DNA of 63,677 bases, the filler included, from Asterionella formosa (lineage: Eukaryota): the NCBI GenBank assembly GCA_002256025.1. It is 21 parts of 21 records of this genome, joined end to end, with 100 filler letters (N's around TTAATTAATTAA, not from the genome) between each part and the next. Parts side by side here need not be neighbours in the genome. Positions count along the whole stretch, not along the records: positions 1 to 1,704 come from NKIB01001440.1; positions 1,805 to 3,506 come from NKIB01001441.1; positions 3,607 to 5,308 come from NKIB01001442.1; positions 5,409 to 7,110 come from NKIB01001443.1; positions 7,211 to 34,881 come from NKIB01001444.1; 16 more parts are not named here. One strand, written 5' to 3'. The position numbers were made by a program, and so were the translations under genes. The notes beneath the pieces are model-generated. The model saw nothing but the letters and a program-made list of their open reading frames with translations, did no database searches and was not told the DNA's origin. Below are positions 1-10,983 of the stretch, piece after piece; the stretch's first letter is position 1; each line of letters begins with the position of its first letter.

Positions 1-406
1 GAAGAATCAGGCCGTGATTGTTGAATGTTGTCAACAATTTTCAACAGAACAAGTAGTACTGATACTACTAATAGCTAGCTAGTCATTTCATCTACATTCT
101 ATCATTTGGTTGAGGTTGAAATGAAGTAATAGTGAGTCGTAATTTACATATTGTGTGTATACTAGTATAGTTACAATATTTTTTGTCTTCTGCTCCGCCC
201 TGCAACGTATTATCAGTACTTTCTGTATTAGGTATGGATGGGTGTGGTCCGCCCGAGGTAGAAGTCGTTCTCGTGTGTACATTTTGTACCGACCATTTTT
301 TAGGTGTCGGTTTGACCTAAAATTCAGGGTGTGAATAAGAAGTACCCGAATGGCAAGACGATAGCTGGAGCGGGAATTGCTGCTACCTGGTACCACACAT
401 ATCTTA

Positions 407-1704
407 GGGTCGTTCTTATCATTTTTTTTCGTGTATCACGGAATTTGAATTTTTTTGAAAATGTATCAGCAACGGTAACTCGATTTGAACTGAATTTCAT
501 TCATTCCAAAAGTGTCACTGTATCACTAATTTGTGATCACATTGTATCATGGAGTAAAATGAATCTTCAACGGCAACAGGCTGGCGAAGATCATGTGTAT
601 ATCCCTCCAGAATATAATGATGGTCTTGATATCAAGCAACAACAAAATATAATTACCGGGAAACTAAATATAATATTAAAAACACACATTTGCATGAATC
701 ATGTCGTCGCCATTTGATTTACTTGATGATAATGACGATGACAGTAGTGATCTTGATTTCTTCTTCCTCTGTCATTTAACTAAGGAAGCAGAGGAAAAAG
801 AACACTCATCCAAACGACAAAGGCGACGCTGTAAACGGCAGCTTCAGTCATCTGAACGACGACGACAACGAAGGCACAAGTGGCACCACGAAAGAATCTC
901 CTGGCAATCACATGTCGAGAAACTCAATCACGAGATTGCTTTCGAGAAGACATACAGAATGTCACACAGAGCATTCAAAAAACTCACCTCCATGCTGGAA
1001 ATTCAGATTGCAGGGAATTATTCCAAATGTGGCACTTCTGAGCCCATAATTCCCGAAATTGTGGTAGCCATTGGTTTGCGATGGCTGGCTGGTGGCAGTT
1101 ACATCGACATTCGTCATGCCTACGGTTGTAGCATTGCTTCACTTTATCGATGTCGTGATTTGTTCATTGATGCTGTACTAAACTGTGAAGAACTCGAAAT
1201 TATTTTTCCAAAAGAAAAAGAAGAATTTATCAAATTGGCTTCCAGCTTTGAATGCAAAAGCTCAGAGGGCGTGATGAGAGGATGTGTTGGTGCTATTGAC
1301 GGCTTCCTTGCCACCATCAACCGCCCGACTATAGTTGAAAGTGGCAACAACCCTGGTTCATTTTTTTCCGGTCACTACATGACTTATGGAATCAATGTCC
1401 AGGCTGTTTGTGATGCTGACTCAAGATTTATTTATTTTGGTGTAATTGCACCGGGAAAATGCAGTGACCAAGTAGCTTTTGAAAAAACTTCCATTTTCGA
1501 TCAAGTTGCAGCATTCAACACAGGTTTTTATCTGGTCGGCGATGCAGCTTACACATTGTCTGATGTAATGCTTGTTCCCTTTGTTGGCTCACAACGTGAT
1601 GATCCAACACAGGATACATTTAACTTTTTCCTTTCACAGCTAAGGATAAGAATAGAAATGGCATTTGGTCTTCTTCAGACAAAATGGTGTGTTCTGAAAA
1701 AAAA
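407..1704 (+). mobile_element. PIF/Harbinger DNA transposon, left part
   Basis: TTA (404-406) is followed by GGGTCGTTC, a Harbinger-like target plus terminus. TGTATCA subterminal motifs repeat at about 432-549, then the transposase ORF follows. Confidence 0.65.
701..1704 (+). CDS. Harbinger/HARBI1-type DDE transposase (DDE_Tnp_4), truncated by contig end
   Basis: Motifs YRMS, LRWLAGGSY, GCVGAIDG, NVQAVCDA, GDAAY, FNFFLSQLRIRIEMAFGLL; the D-D-E triad is intact. Confidence 0.93.
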
Positions 1705-1804
1705 NNNNNNNNNNNNNNNNNNNNNNNNNNNNNNNNNNNNNNNNNNNNTTAATTAATTAANNNNNNNNNNNNNNNNNNNNNNNNNNNNNNNNNNNNNNNN
1801 NNNN
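1705..1804. other. Artificial contig spacer (N44-TTAATTAATTAA-N44); first of 20 such spacers in the window
   Basis: Identical 100-bp N/stop-linker blocks recur, e.g. 3507, 5309, 7111, 34882, 36683 ... 61880. Adjacency across them carries no biological meaning. Confidence 0.98.
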
Positions 1805-2187
1805 TGGTTTTGGGAGGTTGTTGGTGAATTTGATCGGGAAACCAAGGCGCGATTGTTGCAATTTGTGACAGGAACCAGTGGTGTTCCAAGTCGAGGATTT
1901 GGAGTGTTGCAAGGAAATGATGGAAATGTTCAGAAATTTACCATTCATGGAGTAGGAGTTGATGTCTGTCTTTATCCTCGAGCTCAGTAAGTCTCTCATG
2001 TATTGTTGTTGCACTCGCCTTGCTGCTGAATGAATGTACCTTTTGCTCACCGCACTCTCCTCTTTTTTGCTGCTCCAGTGCTTGTTTCAATCGAATTGAT
2101 TTACCAATGTATGAGACACGACAGGATTTGAAGGAGAAGTTGAAGTTGGCAGTCACCATGGCTCCCACTGGATTTCATATTGAGTAA
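1805..2187 (+). CDS. HECT E3 ubiquitin ligase, C-terminal fragment (exons 1805-1986 and 2079-2187; intron 1987-2078)
   Basis: Not in the ORF track. Spliced translation is WFWEVV...RLLQFVTGTSGVP...YPRAH/ACFNRIDLPMYE...KLKLAVTMAPTGFHIE*, with a GTAAGT...CAG intron and the catalytic Cys motif HxCFN. Confidence 0.92.
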
Positions 2188-3606
2188 GTAATATGGCTGA
2201 TGGAGGAGGAGGCAGGATGGATACATATATATATTTTTTAGCATGTCTTTAGGAACCTTGGTACACATAAATCCAGCAATGCTTGTTTAGTACCTGTGAC
2301 TTTGAAATGTTTCATTAGTTTCTAGCATGGTACATTAGTAGATTGTAGTTTCTAAAAGTATACTTTGTTTGATGAAGAAGTCATCATATTTATCATCATG
2401 ACAAGGAAAATGTAATGTGAGGAAGTAGTCAAAGACCACACAGCTACAGCATATTGAGATACTTCCATAGCACTAGTACCCTTTATACTCATTAACCAAT
2501 GCTACATTCATTGCGTCACTTCATTTCCGGCATCCTTCAAAAACTCACTAGAGAATATACTAGGCTAATGGTATACCCCAATCCAGGTACCTGGAAATAG
2601 TTACCATACCATGGTAGCTGTATTAGTTCGAGTTATGCATAGGTCGAGACCACATTATCATAGAGTCATTTTTTAGGAACAACACCAGTTGGTAGTAGTA
2701 CATGATGAAATTTTTGATGCATGGGTAATAAAAAAGTTGATGGAAACTCCAAAGTACAAAAAGTCACCTACCAAGACTGTGTTTTATCTAAAATTGACCT
2801 CACATCACGCCTTTCAAAATACTGTGTACGCAAAAGAACGCGGACTTCGCAAAAGAACGTAAAAAGACCATAAAAAGCCGGAGACGAATGCACAAAAAAT
2901 CGCATATCTTGGTTTCCCATTCTTTTGCGGTTTTATGCTGCGTTTTGCGGTTGTTGAGGTCTTTTGTGAATTTCGTGCTCTTTAAAGGTCTGTTTGTTCA
3001 ATTTCTCTCAGTGTGATAAATTATACCTTTACACTGAGCTACTGGTAGATATATATGTGCTGCTCATGGATGTTTAATGCCTTATCAGACCTCAAACTCG
3101 CTTTGACGAAATGACAAGAGGTGCATGTACTTTTCAAGAAGTACGTGAAGTTTGCGACCTTTGCAAAAAGACCGCGAAGCATGAAGACTAGAATTTTACG
3201 AGATAATTGAAAAAAATCAGTGAGGTCTGTGCACAATACACACAGCATGGAGCACTTGATATGTACAAATAGGTGACTAATAGCATGTTTTGACCTTCAT
3301 TTTGAAAATTTGAATGCTAATCCTCCGACTTGGCTGCTCAAAGAAATAAGGGGTATCAGTTTCCGTGCAGCGGAATCTAATTCACGCATTTTCCTATTAC
3401 TATTGAATCTGTTTCGTTGTTCCAATCAGCCATACTAACAAAGAGAAGCAATTCATTGTTAGCTGTTCATGTTTTGCTTACACAACAACATGCATTTCGC
3501 TTCTATNNNNNNNNNNNNNNNNNNNNNNNNNNNNNNNNNNNNNNNNNNNNTTAATTAATTAANNNNNNNNNNNNNNNNNNNNNNNNNNNNNNNNNNNNNN
3601 NNNNNN

Positions 3607-5308
3607 TGCTGAAGTGATCCACAAAAATCGTCGCCGCAGTATACCTTTGAGTAGTCGGAACTCCCTTCAGTTGCGCAATAAGGCCGGGTGCGGGCGACTG
3701 CATTTGATCGACTGACACGCATTTTCCGGGGAACGCGGGCAGGTCTCCTCCCACCTTGCCCGGTGGGGCCTTGGATCGCCATGCTCTGCGAGTGGCCTTG
3801 CCATACATGCAAGCAGCGCATTTTGGGATTCGTCCCTGAAGGAGGCTCTTTGGAAGAAAACCAGCTCCCGCCATGCAGCGAATCTGCTTGAAAGGAAGAT
3901 GTCCCAGCTGGTAATGGACTTGCAAAAGTTGGGCCGTAGAAGTCATGGCATCCTGTTCTTCAATCTCGATGGGCCGGGCATCGGTATCATGGAAAAGGTC
4001 GAATCCGGGCTGGTCAGGAGTGGTCGCGAGACTTCTCTGTTGGTTCTCAGCCGTGGTCATCGGAAACTTAGGAACTGTTGTAGGCTTTGGTTCTTTCCAC
4101 ATGAGTTCCGCATTTTCATCAAAGTCATACGGGAGTGTTGAATCTTGCTCCTTTGCCTGACCATCAGACCAGATGCACTTATTGTCAGGAACAGTGTTTA
4201 GTTTAAAACACCTAAGCTCTGTTTTGAAATCTGTTTGCGTTTTGAGAATCGCCTCATATATTTGATATCGGTTAGTCCCTGGGGCAGTTAGCAACGTAGC
4301 TACATTTGTAGCCGGATTCAGCTTGACATTTCGAATATAGAGATTATTGTCCCAGCACAGGGTCACCCTATCTTCATAGGTAGTGCACCATGCTCCCTTA
4401 GTCCCAATCCGACCACGGTTAATTTCTTTCTCCAGTGTCGGGGTGATAACATCCTAAATGGGGCCTTGGGCGCATAAAATGTCCCAGGAATACGAAAAAT
4501 GTGAACACGTCCCGTATCATCTTCTATTTTCCACTTAACCGTTCCCTTCAGTAGAACCGGTATGGGGCCTCCCACGCCACTTATTTGGGCTTTTACCTGA
4601 GTAGGGGTACCTACAAAGTCGGTGCGACAATTGGTGACGCATTTAGATCAGCAATTGTCAATCATTAGTAGATAACTGTCAGAATCAAATGGTCGAGGTG
4701 TGACTGAGCAACCTTGATAGGTGGTAGACATACTGTATCCCATAGGAGGGTGTGACGTTGCTATGTAGGCCTGCATCATGGTCGGGCGCATTTTATGAGG
4801 GGCCTTCCATTTTTCGCCCACACAAACCCATGATTGCCCATGGCGAGATTGGCACCGTTTTGATGATTAAGCCAGAGTGAATTCCATCTTTCGTAGCATG
4901 GCTTCGAAAATGCTTATACCATATTGTAACCCAGCGTAAGCATATAGTGGAATCTTGGAACGTTTTCGCTTTGGTATGTACTGACTAGATGATGCAGAGC
5001 GCATAAAGGGGGTGCTGACAAAGATCACAAGAAACCATATACACCATAGGAATGCTTCCGATGACATCGAAAGGTAATCCGACACGAGAGTCACAAAAAC
5101 TGGCCCACAGAGAATGAATTGATATAACCCATAGCTAAATATACCGCATCTGGATGTGGGACACACGTTCAATCAGAATCTGCGATACTGTCTCGTGGTT
5201 TCCAACCAAAGTCCACCTACCCTGTAATTCATCCACTGACCTCATCACAACCAGTTTGCAGGACATTGCCTATGCCTTGTTACATCCCACCACTCGGTCT
5301 CCCATTGC
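3607..5308 (-). mobile_element. Degenerate Ty1/copia (CoDi-like) pol fragment: protease region, GAG-pre-integrase, integrase start
   Basis: FDSDSYLLMIDNC*, GTVKWKIEDDTG, HYQLGHLPF, CAACMYGK, PGKCVSVDQMQS, TIFVDHFS; contains an in-frame stop and a frameshift near 4365. Confidence 0.85.
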
Positions 5309-5408
5309 NNNNNNNNNNNNNNNNNNNNNNNNNNNNNNNNNNNNNNNNNNNNTTAATTAATTAANNNNNNNNNNNNNNNNNNNNNNNNNNNNNNNNNNNN
5401 NNNNNNNN

Positions 5409-5620
5409 AGATAGAATCTGTAATATTTCACATTATCAGTACCCTTCATATTGTGAAAAGTGAGAAGATATTCTTCAATATATATCCTCCACCGGAGAAC
5501 ACGCTGAGTTTCTGTGTAAAGTAATAAAGAAAAAAATATGATGTTCAGTGTGAACATGTAGAACCGTATTCAATGACATAGAGCGAAATTCTTTGAAAGG
5601 TTCTTAATTGACAATCAGAA
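5409..5620 (-). pseudogene. Gypsy-type RT/RNase H remnant
   Basis: TQRVLRWRIYIEEY...HNMKGTDNV resembles the gypsy RNase H C-terminal motif RxxRWxxxLEEyxxxIxYIKGxxNxxADALSR. Confidence 0.6.
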
Positions 5621-6422
5621 ACCTTAGTAAAAAATATGGAAAGGAAAATTACGATCAGGATAACTCATGAGTGTACCTGCAACTAACAATGCTTTCATTG
5701 ATGCACAAGTTTGTTGATGTATGCATAGGTAACCATACAAATGGTCTAGTTCCATTTCAATCCTGTTTTAAGATTTGAAGACCAAAATTTGAAGTCGGTT
5801 GGAGTTTATCGATATCCCAATGAGTCAGTTTCTTTAACAGACCATTTCATATAGAATGGTGCTGGAGGACTTCAGCCATAACAGCATATTTCCGTATCTG
5901 TATAGTTAGGAGCTTGAATGTTCCATGTGTAAACATAATCCTTGATAGGTGTATCAAAATATAACAAACCATTGTGCAAATGTTCTGTACGTATCATTAT
6001 AGGAATGCATGACATGCAGAAAAACACTGATATATCCACCATACAGACAGGACATGGTATTTGTAAATTATCCGTCATAAAATAATCAGCTGGACAAATG
6101 AGCAAACTCGCAGAAGGTACTACGACCAGGTACTTCTGTTGCAAGATACAAGCTGACGGATTAAATTTTGAGAGCATCATGCTGAGTACTGGCAAAGGAA
6201 GAAAAAGGTGGGATCATACCTGCTATGCATGGTATATATTAATTATATATGTTCGATTTACAACAAAATGTCCTGAAGTGCAATCCATTCATAAGTGAAA
6301 GATCAGGACCCACCGCGATCAAGTATTATTCATCTTATGTCATGGTGCATATACAACGCAGCCACCAATGCTTGGGTTGCTTATGACATGAGAATGAAAT
6401 GCAATTAAGCTTTGCATTTTAA

Positions 6423-7110
6423 AATATCCCGTGTTACAATAGCGGTGATATCCAACCTGTAATTATCCTGTAAATAACAAAAGTTATTCAGGTAATGATT
6501 GACGTAAGACATATTCAATGTGCTGTCGCTCATAAATATATATATATATGTATATTTTTAAAATCATAGCATTGTTGCTTTTGTCGCACATACTTCTGTT
6601 AAGGCGATATGTTCAGCATTCTGCTGGTTTTTTTTATTAGGCACATCGGCCACTAACTGACCAACAGGAGGGTTCATGACCACTAAAATGTCCTCGTCTA
6701 CCAAAACTGGAACGGCCATATCCATTATGACGACCAGTCATGTGACCTGCTCGACCACCTTGAGTACGAGGATTCTGGAAACAATTGATGTTAATATATC
6801 CTTAGAAGTAAAACAGGAAACCGGAATTGGGCCCTGATATGTATATGGAACATCATGTCCATCAATACAGTTATATATATCCCGCGTAACATTAACCGCG
6901 GTATCCATAGTGTATTCAACCTGTAAATAAACAATATTATTCAGGTGATGACTAACGTGAGATATACTCAACGAGTCATTATTAATAGCATCGCTATTAT
7001 CGCACATACCTCTGTAATGGCGATCAGCAATCTGCTGTTGTATAGTAGGGACAAAAGTCACTATCTGGCCAGCAGGAGGGTTCGTGACCACTGAAATTTC
7101 CTGGGCAGAT
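6423..7110 (-). repeat. Diverged tandem duplication (~450-bp period) of a decayed coding segment
   Basis: 6423-6700 aligns with 6876-7105 (atatccc-g..., cctgtaaataa, ttattcaggt, cgcacatac, caggagggttc-tgaccact); peptides VVMNPPVGQLV vs VVTNPPAGQIV. Confidence 0.6.
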
Positions 7111-7210
7111 NNNNNNNNNNNNNNNNNNNNNNNNNNNNNNNNNNNNNNNNNNNNTTAATTAATTAANNNNNNNNNNNNNNNNNNNNNNNNNNNNNNNNNN
7201 NNNNNNNNNN

Positions 7211-7877
7211 GCATTCACTTTCTCAGCTGTAAACCCGTGTCTCCACCTAGCCTCACTACATCCATCCCTCCTCTAACGGTGCTATTTACGTCCACTGTCA
7301 AATTCTTAAGGAGGTTGTATCAAGTGCTGCTGAGGCCGAATTAGCTGCTTTATTCCACAATGGCAAAGAGGCATATGCTATTCGCACCATTCTTGCTGCG
7401 CTTGGTCATCCCCAACCTTCTACCCGTATTGTCACCGATAATAGCACTGCCAGTGGCATCGCCAATGATACTGTCCGACAAAAACGTTCCAAAGCTATGG
7501 ATATGCGTTATTACTGGGTACGCGATCGGGTTCGCCAAGGCCAATTTCTTGTATACTGGAAAAAAGGTAGTTTGAATCGTGCTGATTATTTCACTAAACA
7601 TCATCCCGCTTCCCATCATATGTTGATGCGCCCGCACTATCTCCATTGCCCTCCATCCCTCCCTAGTCCTCCTAACTATTATGCGTGCTTGGCTTCCGAT
7701 GCTGATAGCATCTCCATCCCCGCTCCTGTTCTTCTGCCTGCATCTGTTGGTGAGGGTGTGTTAATATCTGCATATGATGCTCCATACATGCGCCGTACGA
7801 ACCATACCGGCGCAGCCACCAGATTAGGTACATGCGTGAGTGCTGACAACGATGTACTTGGAACAGCAATAGAATAG
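7211..7877 (+). mobile_element. Copia RNase H 3' end of pol, running through the PPT into the 3' LTR
   Basis: VVSSAAEAELAALF, TDNSTA, KRSKAMDMRYYWVRDR, NRADYFTKHHP; PPT GGTGAGGGTG lies immediately before the LTR. Confidence 0.92.
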
Positions 7878-7925
7878 TCATAATATTGTAGTTCACCTTT
7901 ATTCACGATAAGGTTCCCCTCAACA
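7759..7925 (+). repeat. 167-bp LTR (3' LTR of copia family B)
   Basis: TGTT...AACA termini; apparently identical to 35108-35274. Confidence 0.93.
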
Positions 7926-7990
7926 CCAGGTACCAGGGTACAGTACTCTCGTACCAGGTACCTGGTACCAGTACCAGGTACCCCGTAGAA

Positions 7991-8256
7991 TGTTGGCCAA
8001 CAACGAACTCCTGACGATTCATCTTGAATTCCCATCTTGAGCAGTGTTTTACATCTATAAGGAGGTTGGTACATTGAAAAGTGCAACGTCACTAGGGAGT
8101 ACCGTTAGTGTAATACTACAGGTAGGGCGATTTTCACACTGAATGCCCACTTTACATTATTAATTTTCAACTGATAAAACCACTCTGTGTGAATGTTCTC
8201 CTGATCCTGTTGTCTTATCGACACAGCCGAGGAACACAAACACCGTAGTTTCGACA
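7991..8256 (+). repeat. Probable solo LTR related to copia family A LTR; left boundary uncertain
   Basis: 8125-8256 resembles the 3' half of LTR 10720-10983 (cactctgtgtgaa, ctgttgtcttatcg-cacag, gtagttt-c-aca). A TGTTG start at 7991 gives a similar length; no TSD found. Confidence 0.65.
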
Positions 8257-8318
8257 CCAAGAGCCCATGACAATTCAAATATCGCAAACTCTCAAATAAT
8301 TCCTTCATTCCCGCCCCA

Positions 8319-9422
8319 ATGCCGTCGCAACTCCGAAACGGGAAAGCGACTTCGACTGTCAATCGCACTGTTCCCCTATGGGTGTTCCTCGTCACCAATA
8401 TCTTCATCTATTTTATCACGCGAAACACGTCAGAGCCGGCAGATTCGCTCCATATTAGTGGCGAATCTGTGCCTAAAGACTTGACAGCATATGCTTTGGC
8501 CATTCCAGAGGGAACAACTCCAAATTTGCCATCCGTTCAGATTAACGATGCATCTGTTGATAAGATGCGCGATAGATCGGGCATAGTGTACGGTGGCAAG
8601 GGCGATAAGGTGCACTTGGGAGGCTTTACCGACATTGATTTACACGGAATTTCACCTGCTCTTTGGAAGGAAATGGTGACTGAATTTGGTATCAAGTCCT
8701 TGATAGATCTAGGCTGTGGTCGGGGTATTAGCACCTCTTGGTTTTTGACACATGGGGTGAATGCTCATTGTGTGGAAGGGTCGCATGATGCAGTCTTGCA
8801 ATCCATGTTGCCGGATCCAACTACGCAATTGACAGAACACGACTTTTCTCGAGGTCCATGGTGGCCCGAAAAAACCCAAGATGCCGTGTGGTGTGTGGAA
8901 TTTTTAGAGCATGTAGGACGCAACTTTCATCATAACTACTTGCCCATTTTTCGCAAAGCGGCCCTTATATTTGCGACGCACTCTATATGGGGCGGGTGGC
9001 ATCATGTTGAAGTTCATGATTCAGAATGGTGGATCCAAAAGATGCAAATGTACGGCTTTGTATACTCTGAAAGGTTGACTCTTCACGTGCGGGCCATTGC
9101 CAAACAAGAAGATAAACAAAAAATTCCGTCTGTGGTGAAAGATCAAAGATACTATGCCCAACACTTGATTCACAACTTGTTGGTTTTCATCAATCCAGCA
9201 GTGGCAGCCTTGCCACAGCATGCACATTTGATGGCCGAGCCAGGCTGCTACAATCCCGAGGCTAATAATGTTACAGATCGCCATAAAAAGTGTGGAACAC
9301 TAGTCGGAGGTGATACGGAAACGCCTCTGCCTTCAGAGTTTGAGCCTATTGTATTGACACCATCGATGGATACAATGTGGGAGAATCTCGTGAAGAAGCA
9401 CCTTGAAAGCATAGCTCAATAG
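8319..9422 (+). CDS. Putative SAM-dependent methyltransferase with N-terminal membrane anchor (type II), intronless
   Basis: Hydrophobic VPLWVFLVTNIFIYFI, SAM motif I IDLGCGRG, DAVWCVEFLEHV; strong similarity to the paralog at 20812-22060. Confidence 0.82.
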   Translation: MPSQLRNGKATSTVNRTVPLWVFLVTNIFIYFITRNTSEPADSLHISGESVPKDLTAYALAIPEGTTPNLPSVQINDASVDKMRDRSGIVYGGKGDKVHLGGFTDIDLHGISPALWKEMVTEFGIKSLIDLGCGRGISTSWFLTHGVNAHCVEGSHDAVLQSMLPDPTTQLTEHDFSRGPWWPEKTQDAVWCVEFLEHVGRNFHHNYLPIFRKAALIFATHSIWGGWHHVEVHDSEWWIQKMQMYGFVYSERLTLHVRAIAKQEDKQKIPSVVKDQRYYAQHLIHNLLVFINPAVAALPQHAHLMAEPGCYNPEANNVTDRHKKCGTLVGGDTETPLPSEFEPIVLTPSMDTMWENLVKKHLESIAQ

Positions 9423-9474
9423 TTAATTGCTCACTTAGTTTATGTATCCCACAATATGTACTAGATATATAGTA

Positions 9475-10578
9475 TCAAAGGATGCTACTACTAGAAAACG
9501 TGAAATTTCGTATGTGCAAGAATTGATTGAGCCCCTCTGCCATATTGATGCCATAGTTGCCTTCAAGATCAATCGTCCAAAACATGATTCCACGCGGCTT
9601 TGAATATTCTTCCAATTGCCTGTAAGCCGATTCCAATTCTTGTGGTGTAATGAACAGTGACTTTTGATCATCGGCCCATCCATTGGCAAGACCAATCACC
9701 AACTTGTGAGGTGGGATCACAATGAATTGATCGGGTAAGTTTACGGATTGGTCTTCTGAAAATTTTACCTCCCATTCCGTGATATTCATGAAGCTTAACA
9801 TATAGTCTGACACTCCATTGTATCGACTCTCGTACATGGCTCTAGAATACGATTCATACAGCTGTATCGAGACGAAATCAATGGCATCGTCCCACTTGGC
9901 GTAGACGTAGGCGTAGACATTTGCACCATAATAAGAAAAGTCGGTATGCTTCCAAACTCGAGTTGAGTCCGTCAGGTTTACATACCTGCTGAACCTTGAC
10001 GAGCCCGAATCGAAGTAGGATTGAGGGGGAGCCATGCTTACTGTCAGACCATCACTTTTGGCCAAGGAACTAATTTCCCCCATTTTATCCAAACACTCCA
10101 GAGAAAAGTAGTTGTTGCTGTGCTGGAGAATATCATTTCCTTCTAAATCCCAGTCTATGCCATGAAAGATTCCATTAGACCAGTCCTTCCATACTTCGTA
10201 GATGACGTCTGCGTCGTAGTCTTCTGGCAAGTGTCCTCCGTCCCAGCCGCCTATGCTGGCTAGATGTACAGTATCAGCATACCCTGTTTGATCCAAAGAA
10301 CGAATCAAATGCTCGATACAGGTCAAATTTAATCTGGAACCAATGATTGGCAAATTCGCTAATGGCGACTGTTCATTTGGCACCGCAACATTCCAAAAGG
10401 ACCAAACGACGACATTGACACCTGATTGAACAGCACGTTCCACACGTCCATCTCCACAAGTTGAAGCGTATCCAATCAGTAATTTAGGCGGAAGGGTCCT
10501 GGTGGCGTTGATTATTTTTATTCGAAGCCAGGAAGATAGTAAGAGCAACGTTGCCAATCGTCGGGAGGTGCTTATCAT
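9475..10578 (-). CDS. Glycoside hydrolase family 18 (chitinase-like) protein with N-terminal signal
   Basis: SIGGW and GIDWDLEG (DxDxE) motifs, SMAP, IQLYE, KLVIGL, GIMFWTID. Confidence 0.85.
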   Translation of the reverse strand: MISTSRRLATLLLLSSWLRIKIINATRTLPPKLLIGYASTCGDGRVERAVQSGVNVVVWSFWNVAVPNEQSPLANLPIIGSRLNLTCIEHLIRSLDQTGYADTVHLASIGGWDGGHLPEDYDADVIYEVWKDWSNGIFHGIDWDLEGNDILQHSNNYFSLECLDKMGEISSLAKSDGLTVSMAPPQSYFDSGSSRFSRYVNLTDSTRVWKHTDFSYYGANVYAYVYAKWDDAIDFVSIQLYESYSRAMYESRYNGVSDYMLSFMNITEWEVKFSEDQSVNLPDQFIVIPPHKLVIGLANGWADDQKSLFITPQELESAYRQLEEYSKPRGIMFWTIDLEGNYGINMAEGLNQFLHIRNFTFSSSSIL

Positions 10579-10719
10579 TGCAGTTTGATATCCGCATCAT
10601 TGGAACGACGAATTGTTAGATTTATCATTCGTGACACCAGATAAAAAATGTGTATCATTCAAGGCATTGAATATTAGATGTCATCAATATTTTGTATTCA
10701 TAGGTTAGGAACCAGTCCG

Positions 10720-10983
10720 TGTTAGGAAACCTACATATGACAATGGTACATAATGACGGATGGACTGTGGTGCAACACAACCAAACAAAGGACGAAAAAG
10801 CGCCATGTAGGGCGCCATGTCAACACAGAACTGATTAGCAGTTCGATTGCCACATCAAATGCTCACTTTACCTAATTATCTGGTTTACAATCAATTTGAC
10901 CACTCTGCACTCTGTGTGAACATTCCCCTCATTCTGTTGTCTTATCGGCACAGTTGGGGGATGCAAATACTGTAGTTTCAACA
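10720..10983 (+). repeat. 5' LTR family A (264 bp)
   Basis: Direct repeat of 16459-16718 with scattered substitutions and indels. Confidence 0.93.

Noticed and set aside
1705..1804. Recurrent TTAATTAATTAA palindrome within N runs
   Set aside because: Artificial stop-in-all-frames contig linker; ORFs ending in XXX-LIN are artefacts.
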